Part shown: positions 12,259 through 23,700 of the stretch, piece by piece
Numbering within the stretch: position 1 is the first letter of the stretch
Layout: each line of letters starts with the position of its first letter
DNA from: Octopus sinensis
Lineage: Eukaryota
Assembly: GCF_006345805.1 (NCBI RefSeq)
Contig: NC_043009.1
Location: 33,728,001 to 33,792,000 of the forward strand
Reading direction: 5' to 3'
Length of the DNA: 64,000 nt
Program-made: the position numbers and the translations under genes
Notes under the pieces: model-generated
Told to the model about the DNA's origin: nothing
The model's input: the letters and a program-made list of their open reading frames with translations, nothing else
Databases searched by the model: none

Positions 12259-12795
12259 CATTTATTTATTCAATGGTGTTCATTTTTGTTGTTGCAAAAC
12301 TTGAAAATATATTTTTTTAAATTTTGTTTGTTTGTTTCAACTTAATTAAATGTGAAGCCTGCAACCAAACCTCTGTAAAACAGAATTTTAGACAACCAGA
12401 ATCTCAAATTTGCCAGCATTCTTCTGAAGAGATTTTCCAAAATAGAATTCAACAGTCAGTCACAGCTAAAATCCTGAAAGGCTTCTCAGAAATAGTAAAA
12501 GATGTTATTACATAAACAAAATAAACGTTTTTTCCTTTCTTTTTCCCAAATTGTATCAAATGCTGAGTTCTTTCCACATTAAAAATAACAAAAACATCAA
12601 AACTTTGTAATACTTTCTCTTATTAGGAAATCATTTTAAAATTTCTGTAATCTTAACAATTTTTATTTAATGTCTGAAAGATATAAAATATGAATTTGGT
12701 CCAAATTATTTTGGATCTTTTGCCATGACTCAGACATTCTTATTTACATTCCTAAACAATTCTGAGCATAAGCTTAAACAATACAGTCAACTCAC

Positions 12796-13058
12796 CTTCT
12801 TGTCAAGTTTATCAGGAAGAGATATCATTTCTTTATTAGGACTTGCTGATCTGGATCTAGGAAGTCTAGTCTTTCGATTGCTGCTTCCACTCGGATCACT
12901 TTGTATCGTCTTTTGTAGACTGGTAGCTTGGTCACGGTAATAGTTTCTGTCTTCTTCAAGAGTTTTAATCAAACTTTCGACTCGAGCTGGAACTTTACCT
13001 TTTTTGGTTATGGTACCTCTGTGTTTTAGCTGCTCATTCTCTAAAATCAGTTCTTTCT
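12796..13058 (-). CDS. CEP135: CEP135 coding exon 8 (EKELILENEQLK...LEEDRNYYRDQ...PDKLDKK)
   Basis: atcag acceptor and gtgagt donor; 263 nt, phase 1-0. E(D/E)R.YY motif typical of CEP135. Confidence 0.9.
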
Positions 13059-14942
13059 CTGATATCAGAAAATTGTAAAAAAATAAAATGTAAACTCTTT
13101 TAAAGAATGGTGGAACTTGAAGCAAATAAAGCTATAAATAACAACCAAAAACATTTTTAAAAGAAGTCCCACAAGCAACCTTTAACTTCTATCCAAAATG
13201 TCTTAACTCAATGTAGATTTACTTGGAGCTTTATTTCCTTTGAAATTCACTCTTCCTATAAAGAATTATTTCACATTCTTAAAGTTCCTAAATCCTTATG
13301 ACATCAACAACAGAATGTAAATACTTTCACAAAAAAGAAAATTTCAGCATTGCAAGAAAAAAACCCATTTTTGGGGGGTTTTTTTCTTCACATATTTGTA
13401 TTTTAGACAAACAGATGACACAGACTCTGTATATAAAAATGTTTTGAGAAACATTGAAATTAAAGTCGATATGTTTTAATAATAACATTCATTAACAGTT
13501 TTCTTAATAGAGTGTTGCACTCACAAATTGCATGACCATGGTTTGATTTCCCAGATCAGGTGGTGCATTGAGATCTTGAGCAAAACTTTTCATTCCACGT
13601 TTGATATATGATCCTTTCGACACCTGACTTCTGTCATACAGTACACTTGTACAGGTAAGGTCAATTTGATGGAGAGAGACAGCTAAGGTGCAACACAAAT
13701 ATTTGATCAAAAATGATTTGTACTGGTTGTTCATCAACAAGTTGTGGAATAACCTTTCTCAGATTTGAGAAATTAATTATTAAGAGCTCAATTTTATATT
13801 GATTGTAACAATTTAATGCTGAAGGAGATATTTACAAGAATAATGGTAAACTTTTCTTGTATGGTTGTACAATATTTCCTGTGAATCATTTCACTGTTTT
13901 GGATCTGCTTCTTCTCAGTTTATAACTTGCCATCACAGAAACTTTACGATACATAAAAGATATCAGACGTTGTTGTTTAACCCTAGGTCGGCCAAGGCCA
14001 AGCAGATCCATGATCACAGGAATTGAGCAACATGGTCAAACAGTTTCAGCTGACATTTCCAAATCATCCAGGCAGAAGATAAGACTGTAAAAAAAGGTAG
14101 GGGGACAAGAAGCATTCTTAGGGAGAATGGTCCATTGGATGTGCCAATTTAGAATGAAAGGTTGAGTCCAAGTCAGCCACTGGACAGTGATAGCATCAAT
14201 TAGTATGAACTTGAGATATGACTGTGATGGTGATATAAAAAATAGTACATTCTGTAAAGTGGTTGGCATTTGGAAGGGTATCCAGCCATGGATACCCTTC
14301 GATAACAGACGGCTGGAGCCTTGTCAGCATCTGTCAAACCAGTATGGAAAATGGACGTTGATGATGATGATATATTATCAGTGGCAGAAGAGGGATGTTG
14401 GACCTCATATTTATTGTGACAATGTGATGAATTGGATATCCAAGCTATTAGGAGAGAAAAGGAAAAAAAGCTTCTATCCCCAAGGGTTTAAAATGAGAAA
14501 GCAACAAAGAAGATAATTCCAATCAATAGATCAAAATTTTTGGACAATGTATATATATAGCAAACTTGTGAAAGCAATGGACATGTTTCAATATCATTAA
14601 ACCTCTTTAGTGTCCTATTCACCTCAGTTGATAAAACTAAGAGATCTGTGAGTGATATATATATATACACACACACATACATACATGTGAGAGTATATAT
14701 ACAAATTTAGTGATACTCATTATGAATATGAGTGAACAATTAATCTACCATTGCGAGAACAACTTATCTTGATTCTCAACTGAAATTAATTTCGTCTTTA
14801 GCAAAAAAAAAAAAAAAAAAAAAAAAAGTTGAAATTTCATTAATAATTTTTAAATCAAATTAACGATTTCAGTTCATACCATCATCGAAAGAAGACATAA
14901 GTTGCTGTTGTAGCTTCTGATGATGATGATTTCTTAACTTAC

Positions 14943-15093
14943 CGTTGGCCGTTAGTTTATTCACTTTATGTATCATGCGACGTTTTTCTTCTTGAACTTT
15001 GTCCAGCAACATCTCCAGTTTCTTAAGGCTAGTTGTTTTATTGCTGTTCTGAGTCTCTGCATCTTCCAATTCTGTTTGTAGCTGTTCATTCTC
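14943..15093 (-). CDS. CEP135: CEP135 coding exon 7 (ENEQLQTELEDAETQ...IHKVNKLTAN)
   Basis: ttgtag acceptor and gtaagt donor; 151 nt, phase 0-1; fits the next exon's phase. Confidence 0.88.
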
Positions 15094-15875
15094 CTACAAT
15101 TTAAAATTATCGAAATATTTCAAATCTCCTACATCAAGGGGTCCAGTGTGTTTAGCTCTAGTTTCATGGCATAAAACAAAGATAAATCCCCTGGATATGA
15201 CACCAGTCTACCACAGGTAATTTCCCCAGGTGAGCTGGTACATATTTCTACAGACAGTGAGGTGAACTGTGCCAATGTGGAATAAAGAATTCTATCCAGG
15301 CATGACAAGTATCATTATGAAGTTTGCTTTGCAGCTATAGTTTCATGTTCAATTCCTCTGTACAGCACAACACCTTAGGCAAGTGAGATCTCGCAGGGCC
15401 TTGAAAGTGTAATGTGGAAGGCAGAAACTGAAGAATCTCATCAGAGGGTCCGTTCTTGTATTTGGATGGAAAATGTAATCCATTAGCCACTTTGAACTAT
15501 TTCTTCAACCCCAGCATGGCCGCAGCCTTCGGGCTGAAACATTTTTAAGGATTTAACTCATATATTTTGATGAGAAAAGAGGAGTTCCACCAGCATACCT
15601 TTATCAATCCTACATGAAGGGCCGCTGGCAAGCTGCACGTTTGTCAGGTTCTCAATGATACTTACCATTCAGCTAGATGTTTCAGATGACTATCAATCAC
15701 ATCAGTCTCACAAACTGCAGATCTTGACCACAACAAAGGCCACAGAAGAATCTGCCCTCATTTTTTCTAACAACAACCTTGGTTTTGAATATATTTTTTC
15801 AAGTTTTGCCAATCATAAAACAAAATGTAAAATTTATATTTGTTATAAACAAGAAACTTCTAATAAACTACTTAC

Positions 15876-15941
15876 AGACTTCAGCTGTGATATACAACGA
15901 TCTAAATCTTCAAGTTGTTGCCGTGATTTAAGTAATTCTTT
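15876..15941 (-). CDS. CEP135: CEP135 coding exon 6 (KELLKSRQQLEDLDRCISQLKS)
   Basis: ttccag acceptor and gtaagt donor; 66 nt, phase 0-0; coiled-coil. Confidence 0.85.
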
Positions 15942-17565
15942 CTGGAACCAAACCAAAACCAAAATTATAGAGTCGTATTTCTTAACATGGCTGATAATAA
16001 TTAGATATTTAGCATAGATTATCATTTTAATCTGATATTAGTAATTATCTTCTCCGACTCTTACATACCCACCACCACTGCCCTATACAAGTAATTACAA
16101 TCAGTGTAAATACTGATTGTTTTGAATATTAAATAATAATCATAAAAATAATGAACTTATTGCACACAGTGATCAGGTGCTGCACCACAACTCATCAGGA
16201 AATGTAACCATGAAAAAGTCTAAAGAAAAAAGAAATGGGGTGGAGGTGGGTCAGTTGGTGAATTGGAATTTGATGCTGAAAATATTATCAAATGAAAGAC
16301 TGTATGGCTATGTGTATCATGATATATTATTCAAAGAAATGTCTGTTCCTAGCAAAAGGAATTGCCAAGAAATGATAACTCTTTGTTATTTTTCATTAAT
16401 AGAAAGAAAAGAGATCTAAAAAGATGGAAATATTTCTATGTATTTATCTTTATTGCAGTTTCCTTTGAAATAGTTTGCCAGTGGCCGCCTCCTCTCTTCT
16501 TTCTACACATCAATGATATAAAAAGAATGAAGCTGTTCACATTCTTAACCTACAAAGAGGTTTCTGATTCAGGCTATATTGTACATAAATAGTTACTGTT
16601 CAATTAATGGTGGACCATCAAAAATACAAATTTGCAAATTAAACTATCCACCAAAGTCCTAACCTAATTCAGAACAGCTTTTTATAGCAACTTATCTATG
16701 ATATTAATTAGGAAAGGAAGCCAAACACATCTGTGCAGATCACTTAAGAAACCAGGAAACTGTTGGGAGACACCTTCCTCCATTTTTTAATACATAGAAA
16801 AAAATGTGTTTACACTCTTATTTAACCCACAGTGAAGCTTTATAATATTTATATTTATTTCAGTTCTTCTGATTTACACTGTGTTGGTCATGGATAGATA
16901 GTTTAGTTTTCTTTCCAGAGACAAAACCATGCTATAGTGTTATAGTGATCTTTGATTGAAAGTCTTATGACCAAAAGTATCACTCAGTTTCCTTGAGTTC
17001 CTCCATACCTTTTCTCACCTTCACTACATTTGTCAAAATTTTGTATGAGTCTGTGTACACTATCATAAAACCAACCAAACCAAACTAAACTGCACTGGAA
17101 CGAGTCTATGGAGACTTTCTAGAATATCAGTTTTGAAATCTCTATGTAGCAAATTTTTGCCACCTGCTTCAGATTCTTGTAAACATACAAAAAAGATTAC
17201 ATTTTCCACCCAAATACAGGCCACAAATTATTGATCTATTTGTATAGAAAAGTTCCCTATTGATTGTTCATCAATTTGTTGCTATTAGTTTGTACATTTG
17301 TCTTTTTAAATTCCAAATATATTTACACATATACAATATAATTAGCCTCATTTACAATAGAATAATTCATTCTCCTTCAAAAGATACTAACTAAAATGGC
17401 AAACCAATTTATTTTACTTCTAAACTCTTTTATTACCAAATGTTGATGTGACCATCACTAAAATTTCATTAGATTTTATTATTTACTTAAACCAAAATAA
17501 ATGTAGGTCCTAAATTATTTCATGCTTCTTTTTAAAGAGATAAACTGCCACAAGAATCTGCTTAC

Positions 17566-17781
17566 CTTTGCGACATTTATTTCAGAGTCAGCCGCTTTCA
17601 CTACATATTCTTTATCATTTTGCAACAGTTTAGCTTTACGATCAATATTTCTCATCTGTAGTTGGAGATCAGCATTCTTCTTATTCAACTTAAACATCTC
17701 ATCCTGGACATCATCTCTCTTCTCAGTGCTTTCATGAAGACGATGCTGTAATTCTCGGTTCTGTTCTTGCAAGATATCCAC
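17566..17781 (-). CDS. CEP135: CEP135 coding exon 5 (VDILQEQNRELQHRL...AADSEINVAK)
   Basis: Coiled-coil heptads continuing HLNIQ|VD.LQ; gtatcag acceptor and gtaagc donor; 216 nt, phase 0-0. Confidence 0.92.
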
Positions 17782-17802
17782 CTGATACAACAACATAAAA
17801 AA

Positions 17803-18300
17803 GTACAGTTCTACATTTAAGAAATGAGGAATTATGTACATTGTCCTCATCTTGTTTGTTGTTAACATGTTTCGGCTGATATAACCCGCCAGCCTTCATC
17901 AGGTATCTTGAGGGAAATTTCAAACCTGGGTTCTTATTCCTAAGTTATTTTTCAATGTTATTATTATTATTATTTATTATCATTCAGGTCACTACCTGGA
18001 GGCAAACTCAGAATCTTGGGATTAGTAGCCTGCGCTCTTAACCACTACACCCAAGGGCATATGGTGTAGTGGTTAAGAGCACTGGCTACTAACCCCAAGA
18101 TTTCAAGTTCAATTCCAGGCAGTGACCTGAATAATAATAATAATAACAACAACAACATTGAAAAATACCTTGGGAATGAGAACCCAGGTTTGAAATTTCC
18201 CCAAGACACCTGATGAAGGCTGGAGGGTTATATCAGGCGAAACGTGTTAACAACAAACAAGATGAGGACAAATATCCGTCGAATGTAAATAATGAACATA
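17803..18300. mobile_element. Two head-to-head copies of a tRNA-derived SINE-like element forming a long palindrome; each 3' part carries a hammerhead-like core
   Basis: Arms ~17841-18050 and 18064-18271 are reverse complements around a 13-nt spacer. tRNA-like heads (GTGTAGTGGTTAAGAGC...GTTCAATTCC), (AAT)n linker, CTGATGA...GAAA motif. Confidence 0.85.
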
Positions 18301-19199
18301 AAAAAGGTTATTGTATTAAGATAAACTTATATATAATCCAATCCTAATTAATCTGATATATTATAAATCTCATAAAGAAAAAACAAGTTGCAGGCGGGAG
18401 GTTTATAGCCTTATAATGAAATGAGTTTCAGTGTTTCACTTTAAACAACCTCAACTATAGAATGAAATTAAAGACGCATTTTGAAAATAATAAAACAATG
18501 TTAGGCTAAGAAAATAAATTTATTCATCAATATAGAAGTAAAAACATATGTAAATGTGGAATTTCCACTGATTAATAATATTTAATAGTCAAAAGCCAAT
18601 ACACTGCACAGGCTTATACATGTAGCATATAGGTTTTTAATAATTAAAATATCATGGAATTCCACTGATTGCTATTGAGTCTTTTATAAGAGTTGGTAAC
18701 ACTGTACATCAAACAAGAATCAAGAATAACCATATTTATATATTTATTGATTTTCTTTTTGTTTACCTTGAAAAACAATGATCATCAAAATATTTGACAA
18801 AATTAAGTTAGTTTTGCTTAAATTTTTCTTTAGTAATGATTAACTTTATTTTTACAGACAAAATATTTTTTTTTTTAATTTTCATCTACACAATGTTTCG
18901 ACTGGATTGATTTCTGATCATTACCAGACATCTTATTCCTGAATACATACAACTGAAGTTGAACTTGGAGCCTTTAATAAGGGTAATGGCGATTCTCTCC
19001 ACTCAGCCACAATCAGAGATCAAACTGATTGAAATGTAGCCAACAGCAGCCGTTCAAGAATTTGGACCTGGAGATCTCCATTTCCAGTGACTTCGAGGGC
19101 CACTTCCCAGTGGTGTTGGGCATCAACGAAGAGCCCTCGACTGCAACAAGACAACCAAAGTTTTTTTTATCTTTCCAAGGCCTGGGGTCTCCTGCCCCT

Positions 19200-19492
19200 A
19201 AGCCCTAGACTATCACCTAATCGCCCTTACACTTCTTGTTGCTTAACAACAACAACAGCATCTTACATCCATTTTCCCATGCTTGATGAAGTTGGATAGG
19301 TCATCTCCAACACAACATCTCACCACTTTTTGCATCCAATGCCAACTCCTTCAAGTCCAGCGTTCTGAAATCGACCTTCACCATTTCTTCCCATGCCTTT
19401 TTCAGTCTTGCTCTTCCATAAATTCCTTCCATTTGGATTACTTGATATTTCTCCATACACATTGCATGGTTCCATATATATAGCATGGCCAT
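19200..19492 (-). mobile_element. Decayed RTE LINE RT C-terminus
   Basis: ORF MEGIYGRARLKKAWEEMVKVDFRTL resembles the RTE C-terminal EG..GRGRP.K.W.E.V..DL..L motif. Confidence 0.6.
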
Positions 19493-19608
19493 ACTATGTA
19501 AATATTGAAAGGAATTTCATGTCTGAAGATGAGGCTAATGAGTCTGAAAAATGATAATCTTATTAACATTAATTAATCTCATCCAATTAAATGTATACAA
19601 TTAAATAC

Positions 19609-19737
19609 CTGAATGTTAAGGTGAGAAATCATCTTTTCGTTGGCTCTGTTTTTGACCTCAAGGGCCAATGTATCTGATGGTCGGCCTCCACTCAACATTT
19701 TGTTTAATCTGTCTATTTCATCATCTCTTGCAGAAAC
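19609..19737 (-). CDS. CEP135: CEP135 coding exon 4 (VSARDDEIDRLNKMLSGGRPSDTLALEVKNRANEKMISHLNIQ)
   Basis: GGR..D.L.LE..N..NEK.I.HLNIQ motif; AG/GT ends; 129 nt, phase 0-0. Separated from exon 3 by a 22,968-bp intron. Confidence 0.95.
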
Positions 19738-21213
19738 CTAAAATAGATTTTAAGCAACAGAAAAATCAAAAATACTAGTTTAGATCAACAGAACTTCTAC
19801 AATTTCAAAATAGAATAATCACAAATGAATAAGACAGGTTCAACAGGGGTATATAATTTCCAGGTGTGTTGAATGGGCAAAGATAGTTAAATATTCTTTA
19901 TGATAATTCTGTTCTTACAATACCATGATATAACCTGGTTATAATCTGTCTTTAAGTCTAATAAAGTACTCTTAGAAAGAAAAACTGTGTATTTATATCT
20001 ATGCCATAGTTGTAAATCCAAAACAGTGACACACCCAGTGATAAAACTCATTACATACAACTGAACTTGAGATTAACTTGTGGCATTATTGAAATGATGA
20101 CACCCATTGTTTTATTCTGAAGTTTGGTAAAAACATTAGAATTCTTCAGCTTTACAATCACAGTGTTGACTTTGATAATTCCTTTCAGTTCTTGCTGAGA
20201 AGATCTGCCATTTACTAGGGAGATAAATGTAATAAACAACTGCAATTTTTACACATATCCTACTACATAGCTCATCATATTAAGTATGTTAGCCAGGACT
20301 TAACTTATGTTCTTCATGCAGAAGACACCCCTTGGAATTTTTTTCTGATTGTCACTGTCATGAAAGTAGTGTCCTTTTCCTATCTTCTATTAAAACATGT
20401 CTGGTCATTGGGAAAAATTACTTTATTTGAAGACATGAGGTATGGGTTGGTAACAGGAAGGGCATCTGGCTGTAGTAATCTACTTTAACAAATTCTGCCT
20501 GACCCTTGAAAGCATGGAAAAGTAGATGTTAGATGACAACGATGATGGTGATGATCACAGATTCCTTTTACCAATCATCCAGTATTCAGACATAGTAACA
20601 GGTTCATTAAAATCTCTCGCGCTTGATCAATAAGTCACAAGTCCAACTCTACTTCAAGAATCACATTTATTCTTAACCAGTCCCTGCAACCTCCTTAAAG
20701 GCTGTTCCCTTATTCAGATTTTTAATTTGAAAATTCATCTAGACATAAAAAAAATTACACCACTATATAAATGGCTTCTTATCTTTTGTGTGTCAATCTT
20801 TAGCTCTTGCAGACATAAAAAAAAAAGGTGATGAAATTAATGGTTAAGAAAATTTTAAGCTTAGAACAAATTTTCAACACATTTTCATGAACAATCAGTT
20901 CCATTATTTTGGTTTTCTTCCTTCAACAGTTGATGTCTATAAAGGTACCAAATGCTGTAGTGTCACTATCAACAAGGTGTTTCAGACTAATTTGAATTAG
21001 CTTAAGCGTGTGAGGATGCATGGCCTAGGGATTAGGAGTGGTGGGTTCACAGTCATAAGGTCATGGGTTCAATTCTCAGACTGGGCAGTGTGTTGCATCC
21101 TTGAGCAAGTCACATCATTTCACACTGCCCCAGTCTAGTCTGCTAAAAATGAGCCATAGACAAGTGCTGAGGCAGCCTTCACTTCCTTCCTGCAGTCACA
21201 TCCCAGCTGCTGG

Positions 21214-21439
21214 ATCAAAGGGTGCAAGGGTCAAAAGGGTGGGTATGTTTGCTTCTGATGGCATTGCTCTTGTGTGTGTGTGTGTGCAGATACACACAAA
21301 CATACATACACATATATATATATATATATATGTTCCTGAAATGTTTTAGAATTCAATCTTGATGCAGTGGAAAATTGGTACATAAAGAGGACTGGCATAT
21401 ACATACATACCCACCCTTTTGACCCTTGCATCCTTTGAT
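21214..21439. repeat. 35-bp inverted repeat pair enclosing ~156 bp (MITE-like)
   Basis: 21214-21248 versus 21405-21439 match 34/35 as reverse complements. Confidence 0.75.
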
Positions 21440-21447
21440 TATTAACA

Positions 21448-21566
21448 ACTTACAACCATATCATGTTAAAAGCACTGATTCTCATCCAATTGCTGAAGTT
21501 AAGCAACATCGAGCCTAGTGAGTACTTAGATGGGTGACCGCTTGGGAAACCTAGGTGCTGTAAGCG
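21448..21566 (+). pseudogene. 5S rRNA pseudogene (full length, decayed)
   Basis: 119 nt collinear with metazoan 5S rRNA: AAGTTAAGC box A (21496-21504), AGTACTT, GATGGGTGACC box C, GGGAA and GGTGCTGTA. Many CpG-to-TpG/CpA changes; no oligo-T terminator. Confidence 0.85.
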
Positions 21567-21571
21567 TCACA

Positions 21572-21747
21572 CTTAGGTGTAGGAATGGCTGTGTGGTAAG
21601 TAGCTTGCTTACAAACAGTATGGTTCCGGGTTCATTCCCACTGCGTGGCACCTTGGGCAAGTGTCTTCAACTATAGCCTCGGGCCAACCAAAGCCTTGTG
21701 AGTGGATTTGGTAGATGGAAACTGAAAGAAGCCCGTTGTATATATAA
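21572..21747 (+). mobile_element. SINE family A, 5' half, directly after the 5S pseudogene
   Basis: GGAATGGCTGTGTGGTAAG...GGAAACTGAAAGAAGCCC. Confidence 0.8.
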
Positions 21748-22779
21748 TAAGGCATTTCAATAGAACATCTTTATCCCTGAGAACTACCGGGAACACCAGC
21801 TAGTTTATCCTCCCTCCTCTCCCTCTCCTCTCTCTTCTCTTCCCCTCTCACTCTCCTCACAACCCCCAGCCGAACCCACACCCCACATGGGCTTTCCCCA
21901 CTCTCGCCCCCCCCAACATCACACCACACTGCACTACACCATACAACATTACACATCACATCACAAAACACCACCCACAGCACACTGCCCACACACCCAT
22001 CCCCACATCTTTACACCTACACATATCATATCACAACACACCACCCACACATACATACACACGTCCAGACCACCAGCCCTCTTTCACATGCACATACATA
22101 CTCTCTTATACACACACACACCTTCATGTTGGGGCGAAGTCACTTGACCCTGTTATCTCCCCTACTATCCCTCTAGCGTCTAACCTCTGACTTCTGCCCG
22201 AAGTCAGAACGCCATAATAGACCGTTAGCTCCTACACACATTTTTTTGTCTCCTTGCTTCTTTTCTGTGTATCTTTCTGTCGAAGATCGTAGGCTCGAAA
22301 CGTAAAAGACTTGTTCTATTTCTATTCCTGAGCACTATACTAATACATTTGTTTGTTTGTACTCCACCTGCCTTCGTCTTTTGTTTATTTTCATAAACCT
22401 TCCCTTTATATATCATCATCATCATTGTTTAACGTCCGTTCTCCATGCTAGCATGGGTTGGACGGTTCGACCAGGGATCTGGGAAGCCAGAAGGCTGCAC
22501 CAGGCTCCAGTCTTATCTGGCAATGTTTCTACAGCTGGATGCCCTTCCTAACGCCAACCACTCCGTGAGTGTAGTGGGTGCTTTTTACGTGCCACCTGCA
22601 CAGGTGCCAGGCGAGGCTGGCAACGGCCACGGTCGGATTGGTGTATTTTATGTGCCACCGGCACGGAAGCCAGTCGAGGCGGCGCTGGCATCGGCCACGA
22701 GTCGGATAGTGCTTTTTACGTACCACCAGACCAGGGATCCTAGCTGGTTCAATTTGATTTCGCTTTCCCCAACATGTCT

Positions 22780-23025
22780 TATATATATATATATATATAT
22801 AATATATGTGTGTGTGTGTATGTTTATGTGTCTGTATTTGTCCCCCCAACATCACTTGACAACCGATGCTGGTGTGTTTACATCCCCGTAATTTAGTGGT
22901 TCAGCAAAGAGACCAATAGAATAAGTACTAGGCTTACAAAGAATAAGTCCTGGGGTCGATTTGCTCAACTAAAGGCAGTGCTCCAGCATGGCCACAGTCA
23001 AATGACTGAAATGAGTAAAAGAGTG
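22780..23025 (+). mobile_element. SINE family A, 3' half
   Basis: TTTGTCCCCC...GACTGAAATGAGTAAAAGAG. Confidence 0.75.
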
Positions 23026-23700
23026 AAACCTGTCAGTTTGCCTTCACCACAAACTACTTGAAAAGGCCCTCAATTGGGACCCTAATTCCACAGCAAGTTT
23101 AAATACATACGAATATGACTATTTATATGTATTTCCTTTTTATTTGTTTCCAATCAATTTTGGATGCTTGTGGTTTTTGCACAAATCACTTTACTCCATG
23201 AAAATGATGAATAATTAAATATCTTTATATTGTAGTGATCATACAATGGCTATAAATGTTTTCGTTTTTGTGTGATTGTGTTCTTAAATAACTAAACAGA
23301 CTCTCCCACAATTGATTTTACGTAAAATCCCAGTTCAAGTTAGCAAACAGCTACAGTTGTCGTTTATCTTTATATTGATTTCTTCTTTGACCAACCCCAA
23401 AAACTTAACGTTTTTGCTCTTTAAACGCTGTATGTATATTTGATTAATTCATATCCAGTATCTGAGATGGATAAATAATTAGTGTGCCTGTAAAGTTTTA
23501 GAATTCAGTTTCAATGCAGTGGAAAATTGAGATGTGCAGATATATGGCCACATACATACTTAAGTACCAGTTAAGTCAATAATTACTTTTAAAAGACTTC
23601 TGCTTTTCCTGGTTCTTTTCCTTATATTTGTGCAGTAACCCCCAACTTTACTTTGTTAGCTATATATATATTTATTAAATAAATTAAATTCTGACTCAGC

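Noticed and set aside
18064-18130. tRNA genes (also at 52680-52751 and at SINE A heads)
   Set aside because: Only the A/B-box region is tRNA-like; the acceptor stem is incomplete and each continues into repeated SINE bodies.
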